Shown: positions 26,872-36,825 of the stretch, one piece after another
Layout of the letters: every line of letters begins with the position of its first letter
Position numbering within the stretch: the stretch's first letter is position 1
Source of the DNA: Eubacteriales bacterium
GTDB taxonomy: Bacteria > Bacillota > Clostridia > Oscillospirales > CAG-272
Reading direction: 5' to 3'
Assembly (NCBI GenBank): GCA_045611685.1
Contig: JAZKXO010000097.1
Location: 78,780-142,779, forward strand
Length of the DNA stretch: 64,000 nucleotides
Made by a program: the position numbers and the translations under genes
Notes under the pieces: generated by a model
What the model was told of the DNA's origin: nothing
What the model saw: only the letters and a program-made list of their open reading frames with translations
The model's database searches: none

Positions 26872-27671
26872 TATGCTTCCACCTTTTCCTTCACGGCAAA
26901 ATATGTACCGGCGTGCTCACCGTCAAATACGTTATAAAGAATCCGGGGATCGCGGCCGTTCAGGATCATCATCGGAATCCCCGCGGCAGTCGCGATCTTC
27001 GCTGCCTTCAGTTTCGTTATCATACCGCCCGTACCGCGATTCGTGCCGACACCGCCGGCGCACGCCATGATCTCGTCGTTTATCTCCGATACCGTCTCGA
27101 TGAGACGGGCGTTTTTGTTCTTTCTCGGATCGCTGTCGTAGAGGCCATCGATGTCGCTCAGATTGATGAGCAGATCCGCATCGCAGATCATGGCAACGTA
27201 CGCGGAAAGCGTGTCGTTTCCGCCGAACTTGATTCCCTCGTAGGAAACCGAGTCGTTCTCATTCACGATCGGGATGCAGCCGAACCCAATGAGCGTAGCG
27301 AACGTGGATTTTGCAAGCTTTAAGCGGTTCTCGTCATCCACGACATCCTTCGTTACGAGGATCTGCCCTACCGTATGCCCGTAGTTCGCGAACAATCTCT
27401 CGTAAAGGCGCATGATCTCGCACTGTCCGACGGCGGCAAGCGCCTGTTTTTCTTCCGTCGTTCGATCGGTGATCTCAAGACCGAGGCGGCTCGTGCCCGC
27501 AGAAACCGCGCCCGAAGAAACGAGCACGACCTCACGGCCGGCGTTACGCATATCGGAGAGAACGCGCACGAGCGTTTCGATACGGCGGATATTTAGTTTA
27601 CCGGACGGATACGTGAGCGTGGACGTACCGATTTTTACAACGACACGGCGAAAATTCTCATTCTGTTCCAT
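26871..27671 (-). CDS. proB: Glutamate 5-kinase (no PUA domain)
   Basis: VVKIGTSTLT, VLVSSGAVSAG, amino-acid kinase fold. One-nt overlap with proA. ATG 27671 is chosen, and TTG 27701 is possible. Confidence 0.88.
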   Translation of the reverse strand: MEQNENFRRVVVKIGTSTLTYPSGKLNIRRIETLVRVLSDMRNAGREVVLVSSGAVSAGTSRLGLEITDRTTEEKQALAAVGQCEIMRLYERLFANYGHTVGQILVTKDVVDDENRLKLAKSTFATLIGFGCIPIVNENDSVSYEGIKFGGNDTLSAYVAMICDADLLINLSDIDGLYDSDPRKNKNARLIETVSEINDEIMACAGGVGTNRGTGGMITKLKAAKIATAAGIPMMILNGRDPRILYNVFDGEHAGTYFAVKEKVEA

Positions 27672-27886
27672 AAGTGTATATTTTTGCTCCCGTTTTCTCA
27701 AATTTTCATAAAAAATTTTCAGGTTTTTTTCGAAATGTATTTCATTTAAGCCGAGAATATATTATAATTAAAGATGAGTATTTGTACTCTCATGCAAAAT
27801 TGTACTCTTATTATATCACACTCCATAAATAAATCAAGAGGAAAGCGGCAATCACGCCGAGAAATTCACGAAACGGAGAAAAGATT

Positions 27887-28480
27887 ATGACCCAGAACAA
27901 AATGAAGCAGAAATACGAAATCGAGATCGCTGACGTACAGCTCTCCATCCTCACGGATGAATCCGAAGAATTCGTTAAGGATATTGTTTCCCGTCTGGAC
28001 ACGCTTATCCGCACCTTGACCGTACAGAACAAACGGTGTGCAAAAATCGACGCGGCCCTCCTCTGCGCACTCGACGCGCTCGGCGAGAAAGTGAAACTGG
28101 AAAAGAAAATCAAAAACCTCGAAACACAGATCTCTCTGTACGAGGCCAATCTGCGCCGCCTCCGCACGGACGATACGGCCGCCGAGGCAAAGCCAGCCGA
28201 GGCTTCTGAGCAGAACACCGCAAAGGAAGAAAAGCCTGTCGCACCGAAGGAAGAAGCAAAACCGAAAAAGCAGGCCGCAAAGCCGAAGGCAGAAGAAGCT
28301 TCGACAAAAAAGGCATCTGCCGAAAAATCATCTCCCCGCGCCGACAAGGTCAAAGAGATCGAAACGCTTCTGCGTCCGAAAAACGAAGCCGAGGCTCCGA
28401 AGGAAAAAGACAACGGCGGCGACAAGATCCGCCAGATAGAAGACCTCCTGCGCGGCCGTCCGAGCGGCGACGCCAAATAA
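27887..28480 (+). CDS. zapA: ZapA-like cell-division protein with a long K/E/A/P-rich C-terminal extension
   Basis: The N-terminal ~90 aa resemble ZapA (YEIEIADVQLSILTDESEEFVKDIVSRLD, AALLCALDA). GGAGA RBS. Directly upstream of the U32 gene. Confidence 0.6.
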   Translation: MTQNKMKQKYEIEIADVQLSILTDESEEFVKDIVSRLDTLIRTLTVQNKRCAKIDAALLCALDALGEKVKLEKKIKNLETQISLYEANLRRLRTDDTAAEAKPAEASEQNTAKEEKPVAPKEEAKPKKQAAKPKAEEASTKKASAEKSSPRADKVKEIETLLRPKNEAEAPKEKDNGGDKIRQIEDLLRGRPSGDAK

Positions 28481-28481
28481 G

Positions 28482-30548
28482 ATGCATCTGAAAACCGATC
28501 TGCCCGAGCTTTTAGCGCCTGCGGGATCACCTGAAGCGCTCTCTGCCGCCATTGAAGGCGGTGCGGATGCCGTATACTTCGGCTCCGTCCGTTTCAGCGC
28601 GCGGATGCGGGCAAGAAACTTCGACCACAGTGAGATCACCGATGCGATCGCTCTTTGCCGTGCGCACGGCGTGAAATCGTACATCACGGTGAACACGCGT
28701 CTGAGAGACAGCGAGATCCCCGAACTTCTCGATACGGTGTCCGTTTTGAACGATGCCGGCGCGGATGCGCTCATCATCGCGGATCTCGGTGCGGCGTCGC
28801 TTATTCGTGAGCGCTTCCCCGATCTTCCGCTTCACGCGAGCACACAGCTCTCGGGCGTCTCCTCACGGGACGCGTTGGAGCTTTCGAAGCTGGGATTTTC
28901 GCGCATGGTGTGTCCGAGAGAGCTTTCCATCGGACAGATCATGTCACTCACCGCCCATTCCCCCTTGGAGATCGAAATGTTTATTCACGGCGCGCACTGC
29001 GTCTCCTTCTCGGGGCAGTGTATGCTCAGCTACGCCATGGGCGGACGAAGCGGCAACCGCGGCGAATGCGCCCAGCCGTGCCGTCTTCCTTATATGGTAG
29101 CGGGGACGACGGGTGTATCGAAGTCCGAGTACCCCTTAAGTCTCAAGGATATGTGCCTCGCAGAGCACATCCGCGAGATCCTTTTAAGCGGTGTTACCTC
29201 CCTCAAGATCGAGGGACGGCAAAAATCCCCCGACTACGTTTGGGGGGTAACGAAGATGTACCGCACGCTGCTCGACGAACGGCGCGATGCGACGAAGGAA
29301 GAAATTGAATCTCTCGCCGCTCTTTTCAGCCGCGACGGATTCTCCGACGGATACCTGAAAAAGCGGTACGTCGGCATGCTCGGCATACGGCGCGAGGTGG
29401 ATACGAAAAACAGTAAATCCGCCGAAGCCTTCGGGGGACTTACAAAGCGCGTACCGATCTCGGCGCACCTAACCGTAAAGGCTGAGATGCCGATCACCTT
29501 ATCCGTGACTGCAGGCGAGCGCACCGTTACCGTAACGGGTGTTACGCCCACCGAGGCGCGTACCGTCCCCTTGACAGCAGACGCTGCCCAAAAGAACATC
29601 GAAAAACTCGGCGGCACGCCTTTCATACTCGACACGTTTACCGCCGATGTGGAAGACGGTCTGTTTGCGACGCCGGCACAGCTGAACGCGCTTCGGCGCG
29701 ATGCCATAGCCGCGCTGAACGCGCCGCCCGTGCGGCGGACTTTGGACGTTGTCCACGAGATGCCGACCTATCCCGAAACACGCGGCAAAAAACCGATTTA
29801 CACGGCGGAATTTCTCTCACCGGGGCAGATACCGATGGAGGCAGAGTCGTTTTTTGACGAAATCTATCTCCCGCTTCACTGCCGCACAAAGGACTTCTCA
29901 GTCGCTCTGCCGGAATACGCACCCGACAAACGGATGGGACAGCTCGAAGCGGCGCTTTCGCTCGCCTCGCCCAAATCGGTGCTGGCGCACAGCCCCGCAC
30001 AGATCGCTCTCGGGGGAAAGATGGGCATCCCCGTTACCGCTTCGCTGCGTCTCAATGTATTCAACGGCTTTTGCGCCGACGAAATCATCAAAATGGGTGC
30101 TGACGCCGTAACGCTCTCGCCGGAATTACCGCTCGGTGCGATGCGCGCCATACGCGCCCCGAAATCCGTGATCGTGTACGGTCGTCTCCCTCTTATGCTG
30201 ACGCTCCGCTGTGCGATCTCCGACGGCGGCAGTGCGTGCCGTATACACGGCGCTGGCGGATTCATGGAAAACGACACGGTGGAGAAAAACCACCTCTGCA
30301 TGGCTTCTCTCAAGGACCGCACCGGTGCATCCTTCCCGATCGTCGGGATGTACGACTGCACCAACATCCTATACAACAGCATCCCCGTCTATATGGCGGA
30401 CAAAGAGGCGACGCTTTCCTCGCTCGGTGCGGAAAGGTGGCATTTCCTTTTCACCACCGAATCGAAAAAGGAAGCCGCCGAAATCATTACCGCATACAAA
30501 GAGGGGCGCGCCCCCTCAAATCCATCGGCGATCCGACGGTTGAAATAA
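28482..30548 (+). CDS. Peptidase U32 family protein (collagenase-like / RNA hydroxylation family), long form
   Basis: ELLAPAGS..AAIEGGADAVYFG, ESEMFIHGAHC-type motif (EIEMFIHGAHCVSFSGQC), E..CAQPCR. Confidence 0.85.
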   Translation: MHLKTDLPELLAPAGSPEALSAAIEGGADAVYFGSVRFSARMRARNFDHSEITDAIALCRAHGVKSYITVNTRLRDSEIPELLDTVSVLNDAGADALIIADLGAASLIRERFPDLPLHASTQLSGVSSRDALELSKLGFSRMVCPRELSIGQIMSLTAHSPLEIEMFIHGAHCVSFSGQCMLSYAMGGRSGNRGECAQPCRLPYMVAGTTGVSKSEYPLSLKDMCLAEHIREILLSGVTSLKIEGRQKSPDYVWGVTKMYRTLLDERRDATKEEIESLAALFSRDGFSDGYLKKRYVGMLGIRREVDTKNSKSAEAFGGLTKRVPISAHLTVKAEMPITLSVTAGERTVTVTGVTPTEARTVPLTADAAQKNIEKLGGTPFILDTFTADVEDGLFATPAQLNALRRDAIAALNAPPVRRTLDVVHEMPTYPETRGKKPIYTAEFLSPGQIPMEAESFFDEIYLPLHCRTKDFSVALPEYAPDKRMGQLEAALSLASPKSVLAHSPAQIALGGKMGIPVTASLRLNVFNGFCADEIIKMGADAVTLSPELPLGAMRAIRAPKSVIVYGRLPLMLTLRCAISDGGSACRIHGAGGFMENDTVEKNHLCMASLKDRTGASFPIVGMYDCTNILYNSIPVYMADKEATLSSLGAERWHFLFTTESKKEAAEIITAYKEGRAPSNPSAIRRLK

Positions 30549-30593
30549 CTGTTTTCGGCGGTTGCCTACAACAACGTATAAAAGGAGTTCCCT

Positions 30594-31046
30594 ATGGCTG
30601 ACAAACTGGGCGTTCGCATAACGCTTTTGAAAGAAGGCGCATCCCTGCCGCGCTATGCAACGGCGGGCGCCGCCGCCTGCGATCTCACAGCCGCAATTGA
30701 CGCGCCGCTTACGATTCCCAAGGGTGAATCCCGCGCGATCCCCACGGGTATCGCCATCTCCATGGAGGAGGACGGCATCGTTGCCATCGTTTGCGCCAGA
30801 TCGGGACTCGCTTTCAAGCACGGGCTCTCGCTCGTCAACGGCATCGGCGTCATCGACCGCGACTATCGCGGAGAGATCGGCGTCGGCATCCGAAACGACG
30901 GAGCGGCGGACTACACCGTAACCCCCGGCGAGAGGATCGCCCAGCTTATGTTCGTGCCTTATCGCACGGCAGAGTTCACCGTCGTTTCCGCGCTCGATGA
31001 AACAGAGCGCGGCGCGGGCGGATTCGGCTCAACGGGAAAACTGTAA
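30594..31046 (+). CDS. dut: dUTP diphosphatase
   Basis: AAACDL, ARSGLA, GVIDRDYRGE, GERIAQL, RGAGGFGSTG: the five dUTPase motifs. Confidence 0.92.
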   Translation: MADKLGVRITLLKEGASLPRYATAGAAACDLTAAIDAPLTIPKGESRAIPTGIAISMEEDGIVAIVCARSGLAFKHGLSLVNGIGVIDRDYRGEIGVGIRNDGAADYTVTPGERIAQLMFVPYRTAEFTVVSALDETERGAGGFGSTGKL

Positions 31047-31056
31047 GGAGGGCCGC

Positions 31057-31314
31057 ATGAGAAAAGGATTCTGGCTCAATCTATTTTTTGTCTGCGTGGG
31101 CGTCGTCGTCGGCACGCTTGCCGCCGATCTCCTCTCGGACATTCCGCTCTTCTCTTTTTTATCCTACGGCATGGATTTCGGCATGCCCTCCCCTGCCACG
31201 TTTGATCTCAAGGTGCTGACCGTAACGTTCGGCGTTTCGTTGAATCTTAACATATCCGTTATCCTGTTTATCGTCCTCGCCGTGGTACTCGGCAATCTCG
31301 TGAGGAAAAAATAA
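31057..31314 (+). CDS. DUF4321-like small membrane protein
   Basis: ATG 31057 after AAGGAGGG. 85 aa with two hydrophobic segments and the conserved position upstream of maf/mreB in Clostridia. Confidence 0.65.
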   Translation: MRKGFWLNLFFVCVGVVVGTLAADLLSDIPLFSFLSYGMDFGMPSPATFDLKVLTVTFGVSLNLNISVILFIVLAVVLGNLVRKK

Positions 31315-31318
31315 CCGT

Positions 31319-31897
31319 ATGACAAGACAGCTTATTTTAGCCTCCGCCTCCCCCAGGCGGCACGATCTTCTGACGGCGGCGGGCATCCCGCACACCGTTA
31401 TGAGCGCGGACACGGATGAATCCCTGCCAAGCGGCATCGCACCCCACGAAGCGGTAGAGATCCTCTCCGCACGCAAAGCGGAGGCGATACTGCCGATTGC
31501 TCCCGCGGGGTCTATCATTTTGGCGGCGGACACCGTCGTAGCACTGGACGGAGGTATTCTCGGAAAGCCGCGTGACGAACTCGACGCAAAACGGATGCTT
31601 CTCTCCCTCTCCGGACGGGAGCATCACGTATTCACCGGTGTAACCGTGACCGATGGGGTGAAAACCGTTACCCGCCACGCAAAGACCGCGGTACGGATGC
31701 GAATCATCTCTGAGGAGGAGATTGACGCCTACATCAAAACGGGTGAGCCGATGGACAAAGCGGGCGCCTACGGGATTCAGGGCCGCGCCGTCTTCTTCGT
31801 CTCGGGCATTGAAGGCGACTACGCAAACGTAGTGGGTCTCCCCGTCTCGCTCGTGGGCGAAATTCTTCGCATTGATTTCGCCTTCCCGCTCTTTTAA
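31319..31897 (+). CDS. maf: Maf-family nucleoside triphosphate pyrophosphatase (septum formation protein)
   Basis: LILASASPRR, KAGAYGIQG. Confidence 0.9.
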   Translation: MTRQLILASASPRRHDLLTAAGIPHTVMSADTDESLPSGIAPHEAVEILSARKAEAILPIAPAGSIILAADTVVALDGGILGKPRDELDAKRMLLSLSGREHHVFTGVTVTDGVKTVTRHAKTAVRMRIISEEEIDAYIKTGEPMDKAGAYGIQGRAVFFVSGIEGDYANVVGLPVSLVGEILRIDFAFPLF

Positions 31898-31967
31898 CAC
31901 GAAAACAAAAGAAACTTAACGATAAATCGAAAGGAACTCCGCCCAAAAGCGGAGGAGGAATCACCAA

Positions 31968-32975
31968 ATGGGAAAGAGTATCGGCATTGATCTCGGTACC
32001 GCCAACACCATCGTCTACGTGAAAGGCAAAGGAATCGTTCTGAGAGAACCGTCCGTCGTTGCCGTGGAAGCGCGCACGCGCCGCGTGGTCGCCGTAGGCA
32101 ACGAGGCAAAACTCATGTTGGGCAAGACCCCCGGCTCCATTACGGCTATGCGTCCCCTCAAAGACGGCGTTATCGCAGAATTTGACGTAACGGCATCCAT
32201 GCTGCACCATTTCTTTAACCGTGCGGCGGGCAATTCCCTTTTCAGCCGCCCCCGCGTCATTATCTGTATTCCCTACGGCGTCACCGAAGTAGAAAAACGC
32301 GCCGTGCAGGACGTTACCCTGGAAGCCGGCGCGCAGTCCGTAGCTCTGATCGAAGAACCGATCGCGGCTGCCATCGGCTCGGGGCTGAAGGTCGGAAACG
32401 CGCAGGGCTGCATGATCGTTGACATCGGCGGCGGTACCACGGAGGTGGCCGTCATCAGCCTTGGCGGTATCGTACTGTCCACGTCGCTTCGCTCTGCGGG
32501 CGACGAACTGGACGAGGCGATCATTGCGTACATGAAGCGCGAGCACAATATCCTCATCGGTGAGATGACCGCGGAAATGCTCAAAAAGAACATCGGCAGC
32601 GTCCATCCGCAGACAGATCGCGGAACGATGGTCGTACGCGGACGAAATCTTTTGAACGGTCTGCCGGCGACAATCGCCGTCTCCTCAGCCGAGATCCGCA
32701 AGGCCATGGCCGAGGAAGTCGCGCACATCATCGAATGCATCCGCACGACACTCGAAAACACCCCGCCGGAGCTTGCGTCCGATATTTACGACAACGGCAT
32801 TATGCTCGCAGGAGGCGGCGCGCTCCTCAACGGTCTTGATCTGCTCATCAGCCAGGTAACCGGCATCCGCACGACCGTTGCGAAATCCCCCCTCGACTGC
32901 GTGGCGTTCGGTATCGGCCACGTGATCGAAAGCATGGGTGAGCTGTCCGGTATCGTAACCTTCCGCAGCCGATAA
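31968..32975 (+). CDS. mreB: Rod shape-determining protein MreB
   Basis: IGIDLGTANT, actin-fold motifs (DIGGGTTEVA), GGAGGAGG RBS. Confidence 0.95.
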   Translation: MGKSIGIDLGTANTIVYVKGKGIVLREPSVVAVEARTRRVVAVGNEAKLMLGKTPGSITAMRPLKDGVIAEFDVTASMLHHFFNRAAGNSLFSRPRVIICIPYGVTEVEKRAVQDVTLEAGAQSVALIEEPIAAAIGSGLKVGNAQGCMIVDIGGGTTEVAVISLGGIVLSTSLRSAGDELDEAIIAYMKREHNILIGEMTAEMLKKNIGSVHPQTDRGTMVVRGRNLLNGLPATIAVSSAEIRKAMAEEVAHIIECIRTTLENTPPELASDIYDNGIMLAGGGALLNGLDLLISQVTGIRTTVAKSPLDCVAFGIGHVIESMGELSGIVTFRSR

Positions 32976-33002
32976 TCAAACGATAGAAAAGGAGTACCCT
33001 TT

Positions 33003-33842
33003 ATGCGGCCATTTCTGAAAAACAAATTTTTCATAACCGCCGTCATCATAGCCGTTCTTGCGGCTTTGGTGCCTACGGCTTTGTCCGCTGCGGGCGCTCA
33101 TATGCCTCTTCGAAACTTCACGAACGTCCTTCTCACCCCTCTCCAGAAGGGATTCAACTACATAACCGACGCGATCGACGGCTTCTCCTCGTACTTTACC
33201 GAGTTCGATGAACTCGTAGCGGAGAACGCCGCCTTAAAACAGGAGAACGCCGCGCTCCGCGACCGCCTCTATAACGCAGAGGAGATCGAAAACCTGAACG
33301 AATGGCTCGCAACGTTTCTTGAGATGAAGCGGGCGCACACCGATTTCCACCTTTCCGCCGCCAAGATCACGGGTCGGGAGAGCGGCAATTACATGACCGT
33401 CTTCACGGTTGACCAAGGCTCCGCCCACGGAATCACGAAAGGAATGCCCGTCGTCAGTGCGGAGGGCGTCATCGGCTACATCGCCGAGGTAGGACTTACC
33501 TGGTCCAAGGTAACGACGCTACTCGAATCCGCCGCGTCTATCGGCGCATACGTGGAACGGACGGGCGAGCTCGGCCTTGTAGAGGGAAGCTTCTCTCTCG
33601 CCGCTGAGGGACTTTGCGAAATCACCTACCTTCACGCCGACTCCGACGTAAAGGTGGGCGACCGCATCCTTACGACCGGCTACGGCAGCGTCTATCCCCG
33701 CGATCTCGTCATCGGCTACGTTACCGAGGTTCTCTCCGACGAATACAGCCGCACGATTACCGCGCGGATCTCCCCCGCCGTATCGCTTTCCGACCTTCAC
33801 CAAGTGATGATTATTACCGAATATGAAACCGTTACAGAATAA
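33003..33842 (+). CDS. mreC: Rod shape-determining protein MreC
   Basis: N-terminal TM, a coiled-coil (ENAALKQENAALRDRL), and beta-barrel domains (GMPVVSAEGVIG, GDRILTTG..YPRDLVIG). Confidence 0.9.
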   Translation: MRPFLKNKFFITAVIIAVLAALVPTALSAAGAHMPLRNFTNVLLTPLQKGFNYITDAIDGFSSYFTEFDELVAENAALKQENAALRDRLYNAEEIENLNEWLATFLEMKRAHTDFHLSAAKITGRESGNYMTVFTVDQGSAHGITKGMPVVSAEGVIGYIAEVGLTWSKVTTLLESAASIGAYVERTGELGLVEGSFSLAAEGLCEITYLHADSDVKVGDRILTTGYGSVYPRDLVIGYVTEVLSDEYSRTITARISPAVSLSDLHQVMIITEYETVTE

Positions 33843-34140
33843 GCCGAAAAAACGGCGCGTCGACCGTGCCGTTCTTGAACTGCAAACGAAAGCGGTGCCG
33901 GCGCAAAAAACGGACCCGAAAATCCAGGCCGCTCCCCCCAATGCCCGACAAAGCATCCCGCAGGGCACCCCGAAAAACACACGAAAGACAACCCCAAAGC
34001 CCACACCGAAAAAAGGGTGGCTGGGCATCTCATGGGACGAACTCTGTGAGGGAATCCGCACGCTTTGGAAACGGCTTCTTTCTTTTCTAAAACAGAAGAT
34101 CGCCTCTTTGCCGTATCTTCTCCCCGAGGGGGATTTCGTC

Positions 34141-34653
34141 GTGAAAGCACTGATCACGGTGGGGCTCATTTTCTTTTTTGCACTTCTTCAAACAACGGTA
34201 TTCGCCCGTTTTCGTCCGTTCGGCGCTATCCCCGATCTGATGCTCCCGCTGGTGATCGCAATCGCCATGACGGAGGGCGAAAAATGGGGTGCCGTCTCGG
34301 GCATCGCCGCCGCGTTCGTAATTGAGTCGCTCGGCTCGACGGGCACCGTGCTTCTGCCCCTCTTTTACATGATAGCGGGATATTTTGCTCCGATTGTAAC
34401 TACGCTGTACTTCACAGACTCCGTGCCCGTGCGTATCCTCTATACCGCCATCTCCGGCGTAGGGCGTGCAATTCTAACCTTTTTTTATCTCTCCGGGGCG
34501 GTGGACGAATTTCACTTCTTCCCCCTCGCCGGCTCGGTCGTTCTGCCGGAATACGCCGCCACGTTCTCTCTTGCCATCCTCGCTCATCTGACCGTACACC
34601 TCTCACTCCACCCGTTCCATAAATCCCGTGCGGAGCGGACGGAAACGCTCTAA
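34141..34653 (+). CDS. mreD: Rod shape-determining protein MreD. GTG 34141 gives the canonical 170-aa form, and the same frame is open back to ATG 33823.
   Basis: Polytopic membrane protein (LQTTVFARF..PDLMLPLVIA). GAGGGGGA lies 7 nt before GTG 34141, whereas ATG 33823 has no RBS and overlaps mreC. Confidence 0.7.
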   Translation: MKALITVGLIFFFALLQTTVFARFRPFGAIPDLMLPLVIAIAMTEGEKWGAVSGIAAAFVIESLGSTGTVLLPLFYMIAGYFAPIVTTLYFTDSVPVRILYTAISGVGRAILTFFYLSGAVDEFHFFPLAGSVVLPEYAATFSLAILAHLTVHLSLHPFHKSRAERTETL

Positions 34654-34688
34654 CCTCGACACTTAACCGCAAGGAGGAAGAAGATACT

Positions 34689-36785
34689 ATGAAACAAAAA
34701 CGCGCCTTTACCGCCCGATACATATCTCTCGCCGTTTTCTTCATCCTCGTTAGCCTTATATACATCGCGCGCCTCATCAACATCCAGATCGCCGGTCAGG
34801 ATTTTTATACGATGGCGACCGGCAACGATTACAAATACCGCAAGGAAATCATCCAGGCACAAAGAGGCGAGATCTACGACCGTAACGGAAAGCCGCTCGT
34901 CGTAAACGAGTACACCTACTCGATCCACCTCGATGCCGGCAGTATGCCCGCTGCGCAAAAAGATAAAAACGAAGTTATCCTCGCGGTTCTGTCCCACGCC
35001 GCCGCTTTGGGTGAGTCGGACACATTTACCCTTCCCGCCTCCCCCTTTGCCTCCACCGTCACACCGGACGGCGAGACGCTTTATTTCGAATACAACGACC
35101 CGTATCTCGAAACGAGCTACGGACGGAAATTTTATAAACTCGTAACCGATCTGTCTCTCACAAAGGAAAGCCCCGCCCAGGATACCGCGGCCGTTCTTAT
35201 GAAGCGCTACGGCATCGTAGAGACGGACAAAGACGGAAGCCTCACCTACAACTACGATCCCGACACGGCGGCGATTCTTCTCACCGTCCGCCTCGATATG
35301 GAGCTCAGAGATTTCTCGAAGGTTACGCCGTACACCCTTCTTGAAAACGTATCCTTCAAGCTGCTCTCCCGCATTGCGGAGGCAGGCCTGCGCGGCACGA
35401 AGCCATATACCTCGGCTACCCGCGCCTACACCTATCCCGGCTACGCCTCACACATTCTCGGCCGCGTGGGCAAGATCCAATCCGCGTACGTGGAGTATTA
35501 CACAAACCTCGGCTATCCGCTCGATGCGACCGTAGGCATATCAGGTGCAGAGCAGGCGTTTGAGTCGTATCTCCGCGGCGAAGACGGTGAACGCACGATC
35601 GTGGAAGACGCCTACGGCAACGTCATTGACGAGTACGTCAGCCGCGAGCCGCGTGCCGGCGCAAACGTTTATCTGACGATCGACATCGAAATGCAGATGA
35701 AGGCGGAGGACGCCTTAGCAAGCAACATAAGCTACATCGTAGAGACCGCCACGAAAAGCGGCAAGGAATTCTCCGGCGAGGACGCTGATTCCGGTGCGCT
35801 CACCGCCGTGGACGTAAAGACCGGCGAGGTACTGGCGCTCGCCTCATACCCCACGTTTAATCTCGCTACGTACTCCACCGACGCCACGGCTCTCTACAAT
35901 GACGCGCGCGGTCCCCTCTACAACCGTGCGCTCCACGGTACGTATCCGCCCGGATCAACGTTCAAGATCGGCGTGGCGGCGGCGGCTCTCACCGAAGGGA
36001 TCATCACCCCTAAAACGGAGATCACCGCAACGGGCGTCTACGATTATTACTCCACCTATACGCCCACCTGCTGGATCTACAATATGTACGGCGGCAGCCA
36101 CGGCCCCATCAACGTTACGACCGCCATTCAGGTGTCCTGCAACTACTTCTTCTACGAAGTGGGGCGGCTGCTCACGATTGATACGATGAACCGCTACGAC
36201 CGCGCGTTCGGCCTCGGCGTGAAAACGGGCATCGAGCTCGGTGAACAGACGGGCGTGCTCGCGGGCCCCGATTACCGAAACGAGCACGGCCTCGGTGCGT
36301 GGAACCCCGGCGATACGCTGGCGGCGGCGATCGGGCAGTCGGATAATCTGTTCACACCGCTTCAGCTGAGCGTCTATATGTCCTCGATCATCAACAGCGG
36401 CACGCGTATGCAGGCGCACATTCTCTACAAGGTGGAATCGTTCCACACGGGCGAGGTGCTCTATAAAGCCGAGCCTACCGTCGCCGATGATTCGATCACA
36501 CTTGAGAAAGAGGTGCACGACGTACTTCTGAATGCCATGCGGCGCGTAACGGAAAACGGATCTGCCGCGCGCGTGTTCTCCTCCTACCCCATTGAGATCG
36601 GCGGTAAAACGGGCACGGCGCAGGTCAACGAAAACGAGAGCGACCACGCGATTTTCACCGCGTTCGCCCCGTTTGACGACCCACGTATCGCGGTTACGTG
36701 CCTCATTGAGCACGGCGCCAACGGCACGGATGCCGGCTACGCGGTGCGCGACGTATTCGATCACTATTTTGAACTTGACAAATAA
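34689..36785 (+). CDS. mrdA: Penicillin-binding protein 2 (elongasome transpeptidase)
   Basis: N-terminal TM, STFK (SxxK), SCN (SxN), KTGTA (KTG). Follows mreBCD. Confidence 0.9.
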   Translation: MKQKRAFTARYISLAVFFILVSLIYIARLINIQIAGQDFYTMATGNDYKYRKEIIQAQRGEIYDRNGKPLVVNEYTYSIHLDAGSMPAAQKDKNEVILAVLSHAAALGESDTFTLPASPFASTVTPDGETLYFEYNDPYLETSYGRKFYKLVTDLSLTKESPAQDTAAVLMKRYGIVETDKDGSLTYNYDPDTAAILLTVRLDMELRDFSKVTPYTLLENVSFKLLSRIAEAGLRGTKPYTSATRAYTYPGYASHILGRVGKIQSAYVEYYTNLGYPLDATVGISGAEQAFESYLRGEDGERTIVEDAYGNVIDEYVSREPRAGANVYLTIDIEMQMKAEDALASNISYIVETATKSGKEFSGEDADSGALTAVDVKTGEVLALASYPTFNLATYSTDATALYNDARGPLYNRALHGTYPPGSTFKIGVAAAALTEGIITPKTEITATGVYDYYSTYTPTCWIYNMYGGSHGPINVTTAIQVSCNYFFYEVGRLLTIDTMNRYDRAFGLGVKTGIELGEQTGVLAGPDYRNEHGLGAWNPGDTLAAAIGQSDNLFTPLQLSVYMSSIINSGTRMQAHILYKVESFHTGEVLYKAEPTVADDSITLEKEVHDVLLNAMRRVTENGSAARVFSSYPIEIGGKTGTAQVNENESDHAIFTAFAPFDDPRIAVTCLIEHGANGTDAGYAVRDVFDHYFELDK

Positions 36786-36786
36786 T

Positions 36787-36825
36787 AAAAAAGCGGAGAC
36801 TGCTTTTGCAGTTTCCGCTTTTTCA
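36787..36825. terminator. Bidirectional terminator between mrdA and the XRE gene
   Basis: GCGGAGACTGC tttt GCAGTTTCCGC hairpin between A- and T-runs. Confidence 0.8.

Noticed and set aside
27702-27886. T-box or other riboswitch leader upstream of proBA. The same was considered for guaB at 12089-12287.
   Set aside because: The leaders are too short (under ~120 nt after plausible promoters). They lack the specifier/T-box (AGGGUGGNACCGCG-like) or purine-riboswitch conserved cores.
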